The notes: generated from the letters alone by a model not told the origin. DNA of 64,000 nt from an uncultured Alphaproteobacteria bacterium (GCA_963829325.1 CAWHHN010000002.1:272772-336771), one strand, 5' to 3'; counted from the stretch's first letter, positions 19,731-31,504 are shown. Translations and numbers: made by a program.

Positions 19731-20201
19731 TCAGCGCCTCTCGTCCTTAGGCGGGGGATCGAACTGCAGCGTGGGTTCGGCCGGATCTGCAGCGCTTTTC
19801 GCGGGGGCTGCGCGCCTTATCGCCGCCTCCGCTGCGGCATCCGCATCGGTATCGGCATCGGTATCGGCAACGGCATCGACATCCGGCCCATCACGCGCCG
19901 AGGACAGCGGCTCCATCTCGGCGGGCAGGAGATTGTCGGGCGCACCGCCTTCCGGAGTCGAGCCATCGGGGTGCTTGGCCATGATCTCGCGGTTTCGCCT
20001 GGCCCATTGCTCCTCCATCTCCTCGATTTCGGCCTGGCGGACCATCTCATCCATGCCGGCGCGGAAATGGTTCGACATGCGCCGCATCTTGCCGATCCAG
20101 CGACCAGCCGTGCGCATCGCGCGCGGCATGTCCTTGGGGCCGATCACGAGGATTGCGACGATCAGGATCACCAGCAGTTCGCTGGCGCCGATATCGAACA
20201 T
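19731..20201 (-). CDS. tatB: Twin-arginine translocase subunit TatB
   Basis: MFDIGASELLVILIVAILVIGPKDMP. Confidence 0.95.
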   Translation of the reverse strand: MFDIGASELLVILIVAILVIGPKDMPRAMRTAGRWIGKMRRMSNHFRAGMDEMVRQAEIEEMEEQWARRNREIMAKHPDGSTPEGGAPDNLLPAEMEPLSSARDGPDVDAVADTDADTDADAAAEAAIRRAAPAKSAADPAEPTLQFDPPPKDERR

Positions 20202-20224
20202 ATGCGCCTCCGCCCGTCAGCGGA

Positions 20225-20455
20225 TCACTTGCGGTCTTCGGTCGATTTGATCTGGTTTTCGGTCAGACCCTCGTCCGCGGGCTTGGCTTCGTGGCCGAGC
20301 CGCTTGGCCGCAACGCCGTCTTCCTCGTTCATACCCTGTTTGAAGCTTTTGATGCCCTTTCCGAAATCGCCCATCATTTCGGAGATCCGGCCGCGGCCGA
20401 ACAGGACGAGGATGACGATGGCGATGATAATGAGCTGCCAGGGGCCGAGCGACAT
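20225..20455 (-). CDS. tatA: Twin-arginine translocase subunit TatA
   Basis: VLFGRGRISEMMGDFGKGIKSFK. Confidence 0.95.
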   Translation of the reverse strand: MSLGPWQLIIIAIVILVLFGRGRISEMMGDFGKGIKSFKQGMNEEDGVAAKRLGHEAKPADEGLTENQIKSTEDRK

Positions 20456-20514
20456 GATGAAACCTTTTTGCTAAGCGGGCTGCCAATATAGGACAGCCGA
20501 AGGGCGAGCGCCAG

Positions 20515-21135
20515 TCAGCCGTCGCTCGCAGGCTCACAAGTGTCGTCGTCGTCCGCCCGTTCGGCCTCGTCCGGTGGATCGCCGACGAGGTCTTCATAAG
20601 CGTCATCGACAGGATCGAGCAGGCCAGTGGCGCGCAGTTCGGCGATGCCCGGCAGGTCGCGCCGGCTCGACAGGCCGAAGTGATCGAGAAACTCCGGCGT
20701 CGTCGCATAGATCGTCGGACGCCCCGGAACCTCGCGCCGACCGGCGATCCTGACCCAGCCGGCCTCCATCAGCACATCGAGCGTTCCGCCCGACGTCTGC
20801 ACCCCGCGGATCGATTCGATTTCCGCCCGGCTTACCGGCTCGTGGTAGGCAATGATCGCCAGCACTTCGGTCGCCGCGCGGCTGAGGCGGCGCGGCTGTT
20901 CCCTTTCGCGGCGCAGCAGATGGGCAAGGTCGGGTGCCGTCTCGAAATGCCAGCGCCGGCCCCGCTCGACGAGATGGACGCCGCGATTGCCGAAATCCGC
21001 GGCGATCCGGCGCAGCGCCTCGCGCACTTCGACGACCGGTGCGTCGCCGAGAAACTGGGCGAGCGCTTCCGCGGTCATGGGCTCCTCGGCAGCGAAGAGC
21101 GCCGCTTCGACGGCCCGATCCAGATCATCCATCAT
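20515..21135 (-). CDS. scpB: SMC-Scp complex subunit ScpB
   Basis: EAALFAAEEP, EVLAIIAYHEPVSRAEIESIRGV, YATTPEFLDHFGL; ATGA overlap with scpA. Confidence 0.94.
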   Translation of the reverse strand: MMDDLDRAVEAALFAAEEPMTAEALAQFLGDAPVVEVREALRRIAADFGNRGVHLVERGRRWHFETAPDLAHLLRREREQPRRLSRAATEVLAIIAYHEPVSRAEIESIRGVQTSGGTLDVLMEAGWVRIAGRREVPGRPTIYATTPEFLDHFGLSSRRDLPGIAELRATGLLDPVDDAYEDLVGDPPDEAERADDDDTCEPASDG

Positions 21136-21938
21136 GCCGGAGCCCGCCGCAGATGGAGCGGACCGAAGGTGTTTTCCTGCTGCAGTTCCGCCTTGCCCAG
21201 CCGGGCAAGCTCGAGCGCTGCGACGAAGCTCGAGGCGAGGGCCGATTTGCGCAGCCGGGGTTCGGCGTGCGGCGGCAGGAACTCGCGCAGTTCCATCCAG
21301 TCGAGCGTGACGCCGAGCATGTTCGACACCCGCTCGAGAGCCGATTCGAGCGTCATCACGGGCCTCTCGCGAACCATGTGGATCGCCGGCGCCGTGCGCG
21401 CCTTGACCCGCCCATAGGCTTCGATCAGCGCGAACTGATCGCATTGCCACATGGTCTTGCGGGCGATCTCCAGCCCTTCGGGGCTCCCCCGGAGGAAGAC
21501 ATCGCGCCCGATCCGGTTCCCGCCCATCAGCCGCGCCGCCGCCTCGCGCATGGCCCCGAGCCGCTGGAGGCGAAGTTGCAGCTTGAGCGCGAGCTCTTCG
21601 GGGCTCGGGTCCTCCTGCTCGTCCTTGGGCAACAGCAGCGCGGATTTGAGAAAGGCGAGCCACGCCGCCATCACCAGATAGTCGGCGGCCAGTTCGAGCT
21701 TCAGCGCCTCGGCCTGATCGATATGGCTCAGATATTGATCGACCAGCGCGAGGATCGAGATCGCTCGCAGGTCGACCTTCTGTCGCCGCGCGAGATCGAG
21801 CAAGAGATCGAGCGGCCCCTCCCATCCTTCCAGTTCGAGATAGAGAGCGGTCGGATCGGTCGGCACTGCGGCCCCGATGCCATCCCAATCGTCGCCCTCT
21901 GCCGACGCTGTTTCGCCCAGAAGAAATCCCTCGGTCAC
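21132..21938 (-). CDS. scpA: Segregation and condensation protein A
   Basis: WEGPLDLLLDL, AADYLVMAAWLAFLKS, SSFVAALELAR; GTGA overlap with nagZ. Confidence 0.93.
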   Translation of the reverse strand: MTEGFLLGETASAEGDDWDGIGAAVPTDPTALYLELEGWEGPLDLLLDLARRQKVDLRAISILALVDQYLSHIDQAEALKLELAADYLVMAAWLAFLKSALLLPKDEQEDPSPEELALKLQLRLQRLGAMREAAARLMGGNRIGRDVFLRGSPEGLEIARKTMWQCDQFALIEAYGRVKARTAPAIHMVRERPVMTLESALERVSNMLGVTLDWMELREFLPPHAEPRLRKSALASSFVAALELARLGKAELQQENTFGPLHLRRAPA

Positions 21939-22954
21939 GTATCCGCATCCGCAATGGCCAGCAGCGTGTCGCGCTTGGCCAGCAGATCTTCGGTCGCACC
22001 TTCCTCGCCCGGCTTTCCCATCGCCTCGTGAACCCGCGCGAGCCGTTCGCGCGCCTTGTCGGAAAGCGTCCCGCAAGCCTTTGCGATGGCGATCTGGTCG
22101 TCCATTCTGGCCCAGCAATTGAGCACGATGTCGCAACCCGCCGCCAAGGCGCGCTCCGAGCGCTCGGGGATCGTTCCGGAGAGCGCCTGCATGTCGATGT
22201 CGTCCGACAGCAAGAGCCCGTCGAAGCCGATCTTGCCGCGGATCACCTCGTCGATGACGGTAGCCGACAGCGTTGCCGGGTTGTGCGCGTCCCAAGCCTC
22301 GAACACGATGTGCGCGCTCATCCCGAGCGGATGCGACGACAGCGTTCGAAAGGGCTGAATATCGCTTTCGAGTTCTTCTTCGCTGGCGCCGACGAGCGGC
22401 AGGTGGTGATGCGTGTCGCAGGTCGCCCGACCATGGCCGGGCATGTGCTTGAGGCAGCCGACCACCCCGCCGCGGCGCATGCCGTCGAGGATCGCCCGGC
22501 CGAGCGCGGCGACCTGCATCGGTTCGCTGCCGAGCGCGCGGTCGCCGATGACGTCGTCCGTCTCGGGGCGGCGCACGTCGAAGGGGGCATGATAGTCGAC
22601 GGTAATGCCCATTTGCGCCAGTTCGCGTGCCATCGCTTCGGCGTTGACGCGGGCCGCCTCGATCGCCGATGCGGGAGCGATTTGATAGAGCTTCGAGAAC
22701 GCCTCGCCAGCGGGATAGCGTCGCCACTCGGGCGGCTTCATCCGCGCCACGCGTCCGCCTTCCTGATCGATCGAGACGATGAGCTTGTCGCGTCCCTGGA
22801 TCGTTCGCAGATCGTCGGTCAGCCGGCGCAACTGCGTGCGATCGCGGCAATTGCGCCCGAACAGGATATAGCCGGCCGGGTCCGCATCCTTGAAAAAGGC
22901 ACGTTCGTCGGCGGTCAACTCGAGGCCGGCAATACCGAAAATGGCGGGCGTCAT
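21935..22954 (-). CDS. nagZ: Beta-N-acetylhexosaminidase (GH3)
   Basis: IDQEGGRVAR, KHMPGHG, DTHH, SDDIDM. Confidence 0.94.
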   Translation of the reverse strand: MTPAIFGIAGLELTADERAFFKDADPAGYILFGRNCRDRTQLRRLTDDLRTIQGRDKLIVSIDQEGGRVARMKPPEWRRYPAGEAFSKLYQIAPASAIEAARVNAEAMARELAQMGITVDYHAPFDVRRPETDDVIGDRALGSEPMQVAALGRAILDGMRRGGVVGCLKHMPGHGRATCDTHHHLPLVGASEEELESDIQPFRTLSSHPLGMSAHIVFEAWDAHNPATLSATVIDEVIRGKIGFDGLLLSDDIDMQALSGTIPERSERALAAGCDIVLNCWARMDDQIAIAKACGTLSDKARERLARVHEAMGKPGEEGATEDLLAKRDTLLAIADADT

Positions 22955-23030
22955 GGACCGAACCTGTGTCTTTTGCCGGAATCCCGCAAGTTTGCGGCCC
23001 TCGTCAAATGTGGAAAGCGATCGATACCGG

Positions 23031-23729
23031 CTATTTGACGAAACAGGCGAGACCGTCGCTCTTCAGCGCGGCGCACAGGCGATTGGCGGCAGCGCGGTCG
23101 CCGGCCATCGCCTGGAGCCGATAGACGCGCCCGATGTCGACCTGCGCCTCGGTCACTCGATGACTGACGCCGCCGAGTGCCTCGGTCTGGCGGATCAGGC
23201 GGCCCCATGCGGCCTCCGCATCGGCGCGCCGCGGGTAGGCACCGACCTGAACCGCGACCCCGCTGGTGCTTGCCGCGGCGGGGCTTTCGGTCACCGTCGA
23301 GGCGATCGACGGACCGGTCGTTTTGGCCGCGGGTTCGGTAGCGGGTACGGGGGTGGGTTCGGCGAGCTTGCCCACGCGGGTCCGCCCTTCCCCCACGGCG
23401 AAGCTGGTGTCGCCGGTCCCCGCAAATGTCTTGCCGCCGGGATCCTCGGGCCGGGTCTTGTAGGGTTCGGCCGGGGCGGCGATCACGCTGCCATCGGGTT
23501 CGGGTTCGTCGGACACCTGGTTGGTCACCAGCCAGATGCCCCCCACGACCAGCCCGAGAACGACCAGCGCGAGCACTCCGAGCATCGCCAGCCGCGAAGC
23601 GTCGATGCCAGCCGTTTCCTCGTCCTGCTCGCCGGTCTCGAGCCAGGGAAGGCGCTCGTCGTCGGCCAGGTCGAGTTCCTCTTCCGCCTCCCGGTCCTTT
23701 TCGCCGTCGAAAGGCGTCGAAGCCGTCAT
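23031..23729 (-). CDS. Membrane-anchored SPOR-domain (FtsN-like) protein
   Basis: LPWLE, single TM, C-terminal VQVGAY...YRLQ...LC...AC; conserved position between argS and nagZ. Confidence 0.85.
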   Translation of the reverse strand: MTASTPFDGEKDREAEEELDLADDERLPWLETGEQDEETAGIDASRLAMLGVLALVVLGLVVGGIWLVTNQVSDEPEPDGSVIAAPAEPYKTRPEDPGGKTFAGTGDTSFAVGEGRTRVGKLAEPTPVPATEPAAKTTGPSIASTVTESPAAASTSGVAVQVGAYPRRADAEAAWGRLIRQTEALGGVSHRVTEAQVDIGRVYRLQAMAGDRAAANRLCAALKSDGLACFVK

Positions 23730-23731
23730 GC

Positions 23732-25471
23732 CTACATCTCCTCTACCGCTTCGACTCCCAGGATGGCGAGCCCGTTGCGGATTACCTGCGCGATCTGCGC
23801 CACCAGGAACAGCCGGGCGGCGGTGAGGTCGGCATCGTCCTCGCGGATGATCCGCTTGGCCGGATCGTCATTACCCGCATTCCAGAAACTGTGGAAGGCA
23901 GCCGCCAGATCGCCGAGGAAAAAAGCGATCCGATGCGGTTCGCGCATCCTCGCGGCGCTTTCGACCACCCGCGGGAACTGGGCAGCCTCGCGAACCAGGG
24001 CGAGTTCATCCGCTCCGAGCAGGTCGAGCCGCCCATCGCCGGGCGCGACCCCGGCCTTGCGCAGCGTCGACCGGATCCGGGCGTGTGCATATTGGACGTA
24101 GAACACCGGATTGTCCTTCGATGCCTCGACGACCTTGGCGAAGTCGAATTCCATCTGAGCATCGGGTTTGCGCGTCAGCATGGTAAAACGGACAACATCC
24201 TTGCCGACTTCGTCGACAACATCGGCCAGCGTCACGAAGGTGCCCGAACGCTTGGACATCTTGACCGGTTCGCCATCGCGCAACAGCTTGACCATCTGAA
24301 CGAGCTTGACGTCGAACGGCACCTCGCGGCCCGCGCCCTGCGTCATGGCGGCGACGGCGGCTCTGATCCGCTTGACCGTACCGGCATGGTCGGCCCCCCA
24401 GATGTCGATCAGCGCATCGGCTTTCTCGGCCTTCTGGAAGTGGTAGGCGAGATCGGCACCGAAATAGGTCCAGCTTCCGTCGCTCTTGCGTATCGGTCGG
24501 TCCTGATCGTCGCCGAAGCGGGTCGAACGGAACAGCGGCAGTTCGACTGGTTCCCAGTCTTCGGGCGGTGCCTTGCCCTTCGGCGCTTCGAGCACGCCGT
24601 CATACACCAGATCCTTCGACCGAAGCCATCTTTCCGCCGCCTCGGGTTTCCCCGCGGCCTGCAGTTGGGCTTCGGAGGCGAACAAATCGTGATGGATGCC
24701 AAGCAGGGCGAGGTCGGCGCGGATCATGTCCATCATCGCGGAGACTGCACGCTGGCGGAACAGGGCCAGCCATTCCGCCTCGGGCGCCTCGCGGTAGGTC
24801 GCGCCGAATTCCTGCGCCAGCGCCTCGCCCACGGGCTTGAGATACTCGCCGGGGTACAGCCCCTCGGGAATGTCGCCCGCCTCTTCACCCAGGGCCTCGA
24901 GATACCGCAGGTGAACCGAGCGAGCCAGGACATCGACCTGGCCACCGGCGTCGTTGACGTAATATTCGCGGATGACGCGATGCCCCGCCCATTCGAGCAG
25001 GCCCGCAAGCGCGTCGCCGACCACTGCTCCGCGGCAATGGCCCATGTGCATCGGGCCGGTGGGATTTGCCGAGACGTATTCGATGTTGACGGTCCGCCCC
25101 GCGCCCATCGCCGATCTTCCGTAGTCGCTTCCGAGCGACGCGATTGCGGCCAGTTCGCGCCGCCACGCATCGGGCGACAGCCGCAGGTTGATGAACCCCG
25201 GCCCGGCAATCTCGGCCGTCTCCACGTCGGGCTCGCGCTGCAGATGCTCGACGATCTTCTCGGCCAGTGTGCGGGGGTTCGCTCGCGCCTGCTTGGCCAG
25301 CACCATCGCCGCATTGGTCGCCAGATCGCCATGCGAAGGATCGCGCGGCGGCTCGACCGTCACGCCGTCGCGCGCGCTCTCGGGCGGGAGGGCGCCTTCC
25401 ATCTCGAGCGCCCCGAGAACGGCGTTGATCCGGGCCGCGAAGGCGGCGTGAAGAGTCTGCATTTCAGCCAT
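23732..25471 (-). CDS. argS: Arginine--tRNA ligase
   Basis: [35 protein letters not shown]. Confidence 0.97.
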   Translation of the reverse strand: MAEMQTLHAAFAARINAVLGALEMEGALPPESARDGVTVEPPRDPSHGDLATNAAMVLAKQARANPRTLAEKIVEHLQREPDVETAEIAGPGFINLRLSPDAWRRELAAIASLGSDYGRSAMGAGRTVNIEYVSANPTGPMHMGHCRGAVVGDALAGLLEWAGHRVIREYYVNDAGGQVDVLARSVHLRYLEALGEEAGDIPEGLYPGEYLKPVGEALAQEFGATYREAPEAEWLALFRQRAVSAMMDMIRADLALLGIHHDLFASEAQLQAAGKPEAAERWLRSKDLVYDGVLEAPKGKAPPEDWEPVELPLFRSTRFGDDQDRPIRKSDGSWTYFGADLAYHFQKAEKADALIDIWGADHAGTVKRIRAAVAAMTQGAGREVPFDVKLVQMVKLLRDGEPVKMSKRSGTFVTLADVVDEVGKDVVRFTMLTRKPDAQMEFDFAKVVEASKDNPVFYVQYAHARIRSTLRKAGVAPGDGRLDLLGADELALVREAAQFPRVVESAARMREPHRIAFFLGDLAAAFHSFWNAGNDDPAKRIIREDDADLTAARLFLVAQIAQVIRNGLAILGVEAVEEM

Positions 25472-25518
25472 AGCGGGCGCCTAGCCTATCGGCGCGAAAT
25501 GACAAGATGCGAGCGGGA

Positions 25519-26172
25519 CTAGCGGGTGGCGTTGTAGACCAGCTGGTCCTGCGTCAGCTGGAACCCGATCAGCAGTTCGAAGGTCGCTCGATCGACCGCA
25601 GCGCGCACCGCCGGATCTGCCAGCGGGTCGAGCGCCGCGTCGGGATCGCCCGCCTTGCGCTTGCGCGTGATCTGCTGACGGACGTCTTCGGGCAAGGTCG
25701 CCTCTGCGCGGTCGACGTAGGCGCCCGCGGTTCCCCGCGCCTGCGCCCGATCCTGCCCTTCGGCGAACTGGAGTGTCACCGTTCCGACGCGCTTGGTGAC
25801 GACCGAGGAACCGCCCCGCAGCACGGTCGAGAAATAGGGCAGCGTGACCGTCCGGGCGCCGCGCGCATCGGCGCGGCGGGCAATGACGTCGAAGGTCGCT
25901 TCGGTATAGACGCGATCGCCGGCGGTCTCGTTGCAGGTCGATCGCAGGTTGGTGATCGTTGCGGTGACGTCGAGATCGGCCTGGGTTGTCGAACCCGGGC
26001 TGCGGAAGGTCGTGATGTCACCCGTATAGTCGGGAATGCCGACAGCCGGACAAGCCGTGCGCACGGCCGTGATGCCAACGCCCTGGTCGACCACCAGATC
26101 GCCCGTCTTGGCGCATCCGGCCAGGGCAAGGCCGAGGACGAACACGGGCAGCAGGCGGGTACGGATGATCAT
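25519..26172 (-). CDS. Hypothetical lipoprotein
   Basis: Lipobox LALAGC; intact 217-aa ORF with host-like codon usage. Confidence 0.7.
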   Translation of the reverse strand: MIIRTRLLPVFVLGLALAGCAKTGDLVVDQGVGITAVRTACPAVGIPDYTGDITTFRSPGSTTQADLDVTATITNLRSTCNETAGDRVYTEATFDVIARRADARGARTVTLPYFSTVLRGGSSVVTKRVGTVTLQFAEGQDRAQARGTAGAYVDRAEATLPEDVRQQITRKRKAGDPDAALDPLADPAVRAAVDRATFELLIGFQLTQDQLVYNATR

Positions 26173-26269
26173 GCGGCTAAGATCCCTTTTGCGTACGATA
26201 GAATTCGGGTGCCCGCGGGCATGGCAGACGCCCTAGCTTGGGTCGGGCGAAAGCGCTAGAGGGCGACAC

Positions 26270-27253
26270 ATGAATGCCCCCTTTCCATCCACCCCCGGCC
26301 GAACGAGCGGGGATCCGCGGCTGCCGTTGCAGCTGTTGATCGCAGCCCCAAGGGGTTTTTGCGCCGGAGTTGACCGGGCCATCGAGATCGTCGAACGCGC
26401 GCTGCAGAAATACGGCGCGCCGGTCTATGTGCGGCACGAAATCGTTCACAACCGCTATGTCGTCGATGGTCTGAAGGCGAAGGGCGCGATCTTCGTCGAG
26501 GAGCTTGACGAGGTGCCCGACGACGCTCCGGTGGTGTTCAGCGCGCATGGCGTCCCGAAATCCGTTCCTGCGGAGGCACGGCGGCGCAATCTGTTCTATG
26601 TCGACGCGACCTGCCCGCTGGTCAGCAAGGTCCATCGCCAGGCCGAACGGCAGATCGAGAAGGGACAGCACATCGTCTTCATCGGCCATGCCGGCCATCC
26701 CGAGGTGGTCGGGACCATGGGCCAGGTGCCTGCAGGCATGATCACGCTGGTCGAAACCGTCGAGGACGTGGCCTCGCTCCCCTTCACGCAGGCCGACGAT
26801 CTTTCGTTTCTCACCCAGACCACGCTGTCGGTCGACGACACGCGCGAAATCGTCGCGGCCTTGCATGCCCGCTTCCCGCAGATCGTCGCGCCCAAGGCCG
26901 AGGACATCTGCTATGCCACCAGCAACCGCCAGGCGGCGGTGAAACAGATCGCCGGTGGAAGCGACCTCGTGCTGGTCATCGGGGCGCCCAATTCCTCCAA
27001 TTCGCTGCGTCTCGTCGAAGTGGCCGAACGCCTGGGCGCTGACGCGCGGCTGATCCAGCGCGCCGATGAAATCGATCCGAGCTGGCTCGAAGGCGTCGGC
27101 ACGGTCGGGTTGACCGCAGGTGCCTCCGCGCCCGAAAAACTGGTCCGCGAAGTGGTCGATCGCCTGTCCGAATGGCGCGCGGTGACCGAGGAAGTGATTG
27201 TCACGACCGAGGAGAGCATGGTCTTCAAACTGCCGCGCCAGCTTACCGACTGA
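26270..27253 (+). CDS. ispH: 4-hydroxy-3-methylbut-2-enyl diphosphate reductase
   Basis: [42 protein letters not shown]. Confidence 0.97.
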   Translation: MNAPFPSTPGRTSGDPRLPLQLLIAAPRGFCAGVDRAIEIVERALQKYGAPVYVRHEIVHNRYVVDGLKAKGAIFVEELDEVPDDAPVVFSAHGVPKSVPAEARRRNLFYVDATCPLVSKVHRQAERQIEKGQHIVFIGHAGHPEVVGTMGQVPAGMITLVETVEDVASLPFTQADDLSFLTQTTLSVDDTREIVAALHARFPQIVAPKAEDICYATSNRQAAVKQIAGGSDLVLVIGAPNSSNSLRLVEVAERLGADARLIQRADEIDPSWLEGVGTVGLTAGASAPEKLVREVVDRLSEWRAVTEEVIVTTEESMVFKLPRQLTD

Positions 27254-27254
27254 C

Positions 27255-28211
27255 GTGGCGGTCTATACGCATCTCGGAGCCGAGCAATTGGCCGAGCTGA
27301 TCGCCGAATACGAGGTGGGTGGGCTGAAATCGGCCAAGGGCATCGCCGAAGGCGTATCGAATTCGAACTGGCTGATCGAGACGACCCGGGATCGCTTCAT
27401 TCTGACGATGTACGAACGGCGTATCGCGACGCGCGACCTGCCCTTCTTTCTGGGCCTGCTCGATCATCTTTCAGCCGCCGGTTGCCCGGTTCCGCGCACG
27501 ATCCACGATAGCGCGGGTGCAGCGTGGCGCGAGATGGAGGGCAAGGCGGTCGCGCTGATCGAATTCCTGCCCGGGGTCTCGCCAACGCGACCGACCGCCG
27601 CGCAGGCGCGAGCGGTCGGCATGGCGCTCGCCCAGATGCACGACAAGGCCCGCGATTTCGCGATGTGCAGGCGGAACGAACTGTCGCCTGCCGACGCACT
27701 CGCCATCCTCGAGGGCTGCGGCACCGAGGCCCTGGCCGCGATCGATCCGCGCCTTCCGTCGCTGTGCGAGGAAGGTGACCGGATAGCGCGAGCATGGCCG
27801 CGGGACCTGCCCTGCTCGGCAATCCACACGGACCTGTTTCCCGACAATGTGCTGATGCTGGGTGAACGGGTGACCGGCATGATCGACTTCTATTTCGCCT
27901 GTACCGACATGATGGCCTATGATCTTGCCGTGACGCACGCCGCCTGGTGCTTCGATGCGGACGGCTCGGCGTTCGATGCCCGAACGGGGCGCGCTCTGAT
28001 CGAGGGATACGAAGCGTTGCGCCCGCTCGACCGCGCCGAACGCGGTGCGCTGCCGCTGCTCGCCCAGGGCGCCTGCCTGCGTTTCGTCGCCAGTCGCGCG
28101 CAAGACTGGCTCGACACGCCGGCGGATGCGCTGGTCCGGCGCAAGGACCCGATGGATTTCGTCAGGCGACTGGATTTCTACTGCGAAAACGGGGAAGGCG
28201 CCTTCGCATGA
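27255..28211 (+). CDS. thrB: Homoserine kinase type II
   Basis: [32 protein letters not shown]; ispH-thrB-rnhA gene order. Confidence 0.92.
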   Translation: MAVYTHLGAEQLAELIAEYEVGGLKSAKGIAEGVSNSNWLIETTRDRFILTMYERRIATRDLPFFLGLLDHLSAAGCPVPRTIHDSAGAAWREMEGKAVALIEFLPGVSPTRPTAAQARAVGMALAQMHDKARDFAMCRRNELSPADALAILEGCGTEALAAIDPRLPSLCEEGDRIARAWPRDLPCSAIHTDLFPDNVLMLGERVTGMIDFYFACTDMMAYDLAVTHAAWCFDADGSAFDARTGRALIEGYEALRPLDRAERGALPLLAQGACLRFVASRAQDWLDTPADALVRRKDPMDFVRRLDFYCENGEGAFA

Positions 28212-28651
28212 AAAAGGTCGAACTCTTCACCGACGGATCCTGCAAGGGCAATCCCGGTCCCGGCGGCTGGGGTGCGCTGCTCCGCATGGGCGCGCATGAA
28301 AAGGAGCTTTCGGGTGGAGAGCCGGAGACCACCAACAACCGGATGGAGATGACCGCCGCAATCCGCGGGCTGGGCGCGCTGATCGAGCCGTGCGAAGTCG
28401 ATCTCTATACCGACAGCCGGTATCTCATCGACGGCATCACCAAATGGGTGCACGGATGGAAGAAGCGCGGCTGGATCAACGCCAGCAGGAAACCCGTTCG
28501 CAACGCCGAATTGTGGCATGAACTGATCGACCTTACCGCGCACCACCGGGTCGAATGGCACTGGGTCCGCGGCCATTCGGGCCATCCCGAAAACGAGCGC
28601 GTCGACCAACTCGCATGCGCCGAAGCCGAACGGATCGCCGCAGCGGGTTAG
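28208..28651 (+). CDS. rnhA: Ribonuclease HI
   Basis: [43 protein letters not shown]. Confidence 0.97.
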   Translation: MKKVELFTDGSCKGNPGPGGWGALLRMGAHEKELSGGEPETTNNRMEMTAAIRGLGALIEPCEVDLYTDSRYLIDGITKWVHGWKKRGWINASRKPVRNAELWHELIDLTAHHRVEWHWVRGHSGHPENERVDQLACAEAERIAAAG

Positions 28652-29745
28652 GCGAACCGCGCGGGTGAATACAATGCGGCGTCGAGATCGCGCGTCATCG
28701 AATCGCGCGGTCTGGCGAGCAGCAGCTGCGCAGCCAGTCGGGCCGCGGCGGGCGAGGTCTGGATCCCGAAGCCGCCCTGCCCCGCGAACCAGAAGAATCC
28801 CTCCACACGGGCGTCCCAGCCATAGACCGGAAGCCGGTCGGGCGCGAAACTGCGCAATCCCGCCCATTTGTGCTCGACCGCCTCGATTCGCCAGTCGACC
28901 ACCTGTCCGAACCGAGCGATAGCTTCGGCGACCGCCAGCTCTTCGGGAGCGGCATCGCAGGGCTCGCTCGGGACTTCGTCGTGCGGGCTTAGCCAGACCC
29001 GCCCCGTTTCGGGCTTGAAGTAGAAATCCCCGCCGATGTCGAGCACCAGCGGCATGCCCTCCGGCGCGGGCGGAGCGGTGCGCAATTGGAGCACCGTCCG
29101 CCGCAAGGGCTGAATGCCGAGCGGTGCGGCGCCAGCCAGCAGCGCCAGCTCGTCGGCCCATGCCCCGGCGGCGTCGACCAGCGTGGTCGCATCATAGTTC
29201 TCGCCCTGCGCCGTGCCTATCCGCCACGCGCCCTCGCTGCGTTCGGCGGCGACGATGCGGGCGCGGCACGCAAGCGCAGCCCCGCTCGCTCGGGCCCGCG
29301 CGAGAAAATGGGCATGCAGCGCAGCGACGTCGATGTCGGCGCAGGCGGCCTCCCACACCGCGCCGGTCCAGGCATGCCGTATGCCGGGAATGCGCCGACG
29401 CAGTTCGGCCTTCCCAAGGCGTTCGAGCGTCGCGCCCGTCGAGGCGAAGCGGGCGATGAAATCGTCGAGTTCGGCGCTGTCGGCATCACTGCCGATGTAT
29501 AGCGCGCCTCGCGGAGCGAGGAAGCCGTGCCGGCCGAGCCACGGACCCGAAGCGAGCGTCAGCGGAACGATCTGCGGTCCGCCGTAGCATTCCTCCCAGA
29601 AGGCGGCCGAGCGGCCGGTGGCGTGGTAGCCCGGCCGCTCCTCCGCCTCGAGCACGATCACCGAGGCCCCGGCTTCCGCCAGTTCGGCGGCCAGGCTGGC
29701 CCCGGCGATGCCCGCGCCGGCAATGGCAAAATCGTGCAGGCTCAC
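28648..29745 (-). CDS. FAD-dependent oxidoreductase (DAO family)
   Basis: [35 protein letters not shown]. Confidence 0.88.
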   Translation of the reverse strand: MSLHDFAIAGAGIAGASLAAELAEAGASVIVLEAEERPGYHATGRSAAFWEECYGGPQIVPLTLASGPWLGRHGFLAPRGALYIGSDADSAELDDFIARFASTGATLERLGKAELRRRIPGIRHAWTGAVWEAACADIDVAALHAHFLARARASGAALACRARIVAAERSEGAWRIGTAQGENYDATTLVDAAGAWADELALLAGAAPLGIQPLRRTVLQLRTAPPAPEGMPLVLDIGGDFYFKPETGRVWLSPHDEVPSEPCDAAPEELAVAEAIARFGQVVDWRIEAVEHKWAGLRSFAPDRLPVYGWDARVEGFFWFAGQGGFGIQTSPAAARLAAQLLLARPRDSMTRDLDAALYSPARFA

Positions 29746-30719
29746 GGGGTCTGCGCAGGTGCCACTCGGTCGAGGAAGTCGGCGATCGCCGCCAGCGCAG
29801 TGTCGCGCACCGGATCGACCTCGCGCAGGATTTCATGGCGGGCCTCGTCACCGAAAGCGAGCGTCTCGCCCCGCGGCAAGCGTTCGGCCGCCCGCATTGC
29901 GGAGGCATGGCTGACCAGCCGGTCGGCCGAGGTCGATACGATCAGGACGGGGACTTCGACCGCCTCCATCGCGCCGCGCCTCTCGAGCTGTCGGGTTGAG
30001 GCATAGGCGCATTCGACCCAGCCCCAGCTGCCCGGCCCCATGGCCAGTTCGGGACGCTTCTCGCGCCACCACAATTCATCGGCATACCGTTCGGCATCAT
30101 GCGTCAGCAGATCGCGTCGTTCGGCCGGCATCTCGCCCGGCTTTTCGCTCCATTTCCATGCCGGGCGCGTGGGTGCCCCGATCCGCATCATCACGGCCGC
30201 GACGGCCTGAAGCAGGATGAGCGGCAATGGCGGCCCCGCCATCCTCAGCATCGGCGCGCTGAGAACAGCGGCATCGGGTTCGATCCGCCGATCGACCAGA
30301 GCGCGCATGACCAGGTGCCCGCCCATCGAATGACCTACGATGACGTGCGGCCCCGGGGTCTCGCCCTGCCATACCGTCCACATGGCCGCGAGATCATCGA
30401 CCCAATCGCCGAAATTGCCGATATGGCCGGTGAGTGCATCCGTGCCGAGCCTTCCCGATCCCGCCTGGCCGCGCCAGTCGGCTGCCGTCACGTGCCAGCC
30501 GGCATGGTGCCAGCCGTCGAGCGTTTCGAGGTATTTCTCGTAGAAATCGCCGCGTCCCGGGAGGAAAAGTATCGAACCGCGTGGGGCTGCGGCGCCGGGC
30601 CAGTCGATCCGCCGCAATTCGTGGCCGTCGGGCATGACGAAGTGCGATTCGCGCGCGATTGCCGGAATCGAACGGCGATCGATCCGGCATTCCGTCGCTT
30701 GCTGTGCGGTGATGGCCAC
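29742..30719 (-). CDS. Alpha/beta hydrolase (lysophospholipase PldB-like)
   Basis: PGRGDFYEKY, DWRGQAGS, GHSMGG, RHEILRE. Confidence 0.88.
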   Translation of the reverse strand: MAITAQQATECRIDRRSIPAIARESHFVMPDGHELRRIDWPGAAAPRGSILFLPGRGDFYEKYLETLDGWHHAGWHVTAADWRGQAGSGRLGTDALTGHIGNFGDWVDDLAAMWTVWQGETPGPHVIVGHSMGGHLVMRALVDRRIEPDAAVLSAPMLRMAGPPLPLILLQAVAAVMMRIGAPTRPAWKWSEKPGEMPAERRDLLTHDAERYADELWWREKRPELAMGPGSWGWVECAYASTRQLERRGAMEAVEVPVLIVSTSADRLVSHASAMRAAERLPRGETLAFGDEARHEILREVDPVRDTALAAIADFLDRVAPAQTP

Positions 30720-30787
30720 CCTCCTATGGTTACTTCTTGGTAAGCAGGTACCGCTATGGTGCAGCCGAACGAACCTTCGGGAACGCC

Positions 30788-31504
30788 ATGTACCACCAGA
30801 TTTTCACCTACGTTCTGCTCGCCGGGTTGGCAATCGCGCTGGTCGCGGTGATCGTCACCGACATCAAGAGCCGGACCATCAGCAACAAGCTCACGTCGTC
30901 GGTTGCGGCGGGGGCACCGCTCTACTGGCTTGCGGTCGGGCTGCCGCTTTGGCCGGGCGTCGCCTGCCAGCTGGCGCTGGCGCTGGGCGTGTTCGCCGTC
31001 TGCTGTGTGCTGTTCGCGATACGCCAGATGGGCGGCGGCGACGTCAAGCTTCTCGCCGCGCTCGCGCTGTGGATTCCGCCGTCGCAATTCACCCTGCTGC
31101 TGGTGGCGATGGCAATGCTCGGCTGGGTGCTGACCATGGCGGTGGGCGCCTGGCGCGTCGCGCATTCGACGACGATCAGGACCAAGCCCGCGCGCGACAC
31201 GCTGCTGCTGGTGGCGGGAACCGCCATCGCGGCGCTGTTCGCCAGCGCGGTTCTGGGCGGCCCCAAACTGCCGATTCCGCAGCCATTGGTCGATGCCGCA
31301 CCGAGCAGCACCGCCGTCGCGCTGATCATGCTCCTCGCCCCGCTGGCGATGCTGCTCGTCGTCACGCTCGGCTCGATCCGGATCATCCGGCGTCACGATC
31401 GCGATGTCTGGGTGCCCTACGGCCCGGCAATTTCGCTGGCGGGGATCTGGATCGTCGCCAGCGGACAATTGTTCGCGGCCGGCACGGCGGCCGGGCTCGG
31501 CTGA
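30788..31504 (+). CDS. cpaA: A24 prepilin peptidase with internal TM insertion
   Basis: TDIKSRTISN, MGGGDVKLL, C-terminal VPYGPAI; heads the cpa cluster. Confidence 0.85.
   Translation: MYHQIFTYVLLAGLAIALVAVIVTDIKSRTISNKLTSSVAAGAPLYWLAVGLPLWPGVACQLALALGVFAVCCVLFAIRQMGGGDVKLLAALALWIPPSQFTLLLVAMAMLGWVLTMAVGAWRVAHSTTIRTKPARDTLLLVAGTAIAALFASAVLGGPKLPIPQPLVDAAPSSTAVALIMLLAPLAMLLVVTLGSIRIIRRHDRDVWVPYGPAISLAGIWIVASGQLFAAGTAAGLG

Noticed and set aside
19843-19878. 12-bp tandem repeat in tatB
   Set aside because: Encodes a DT/DA low-complexity linker in the disordered TatB tail; not phase-variable in frame terms
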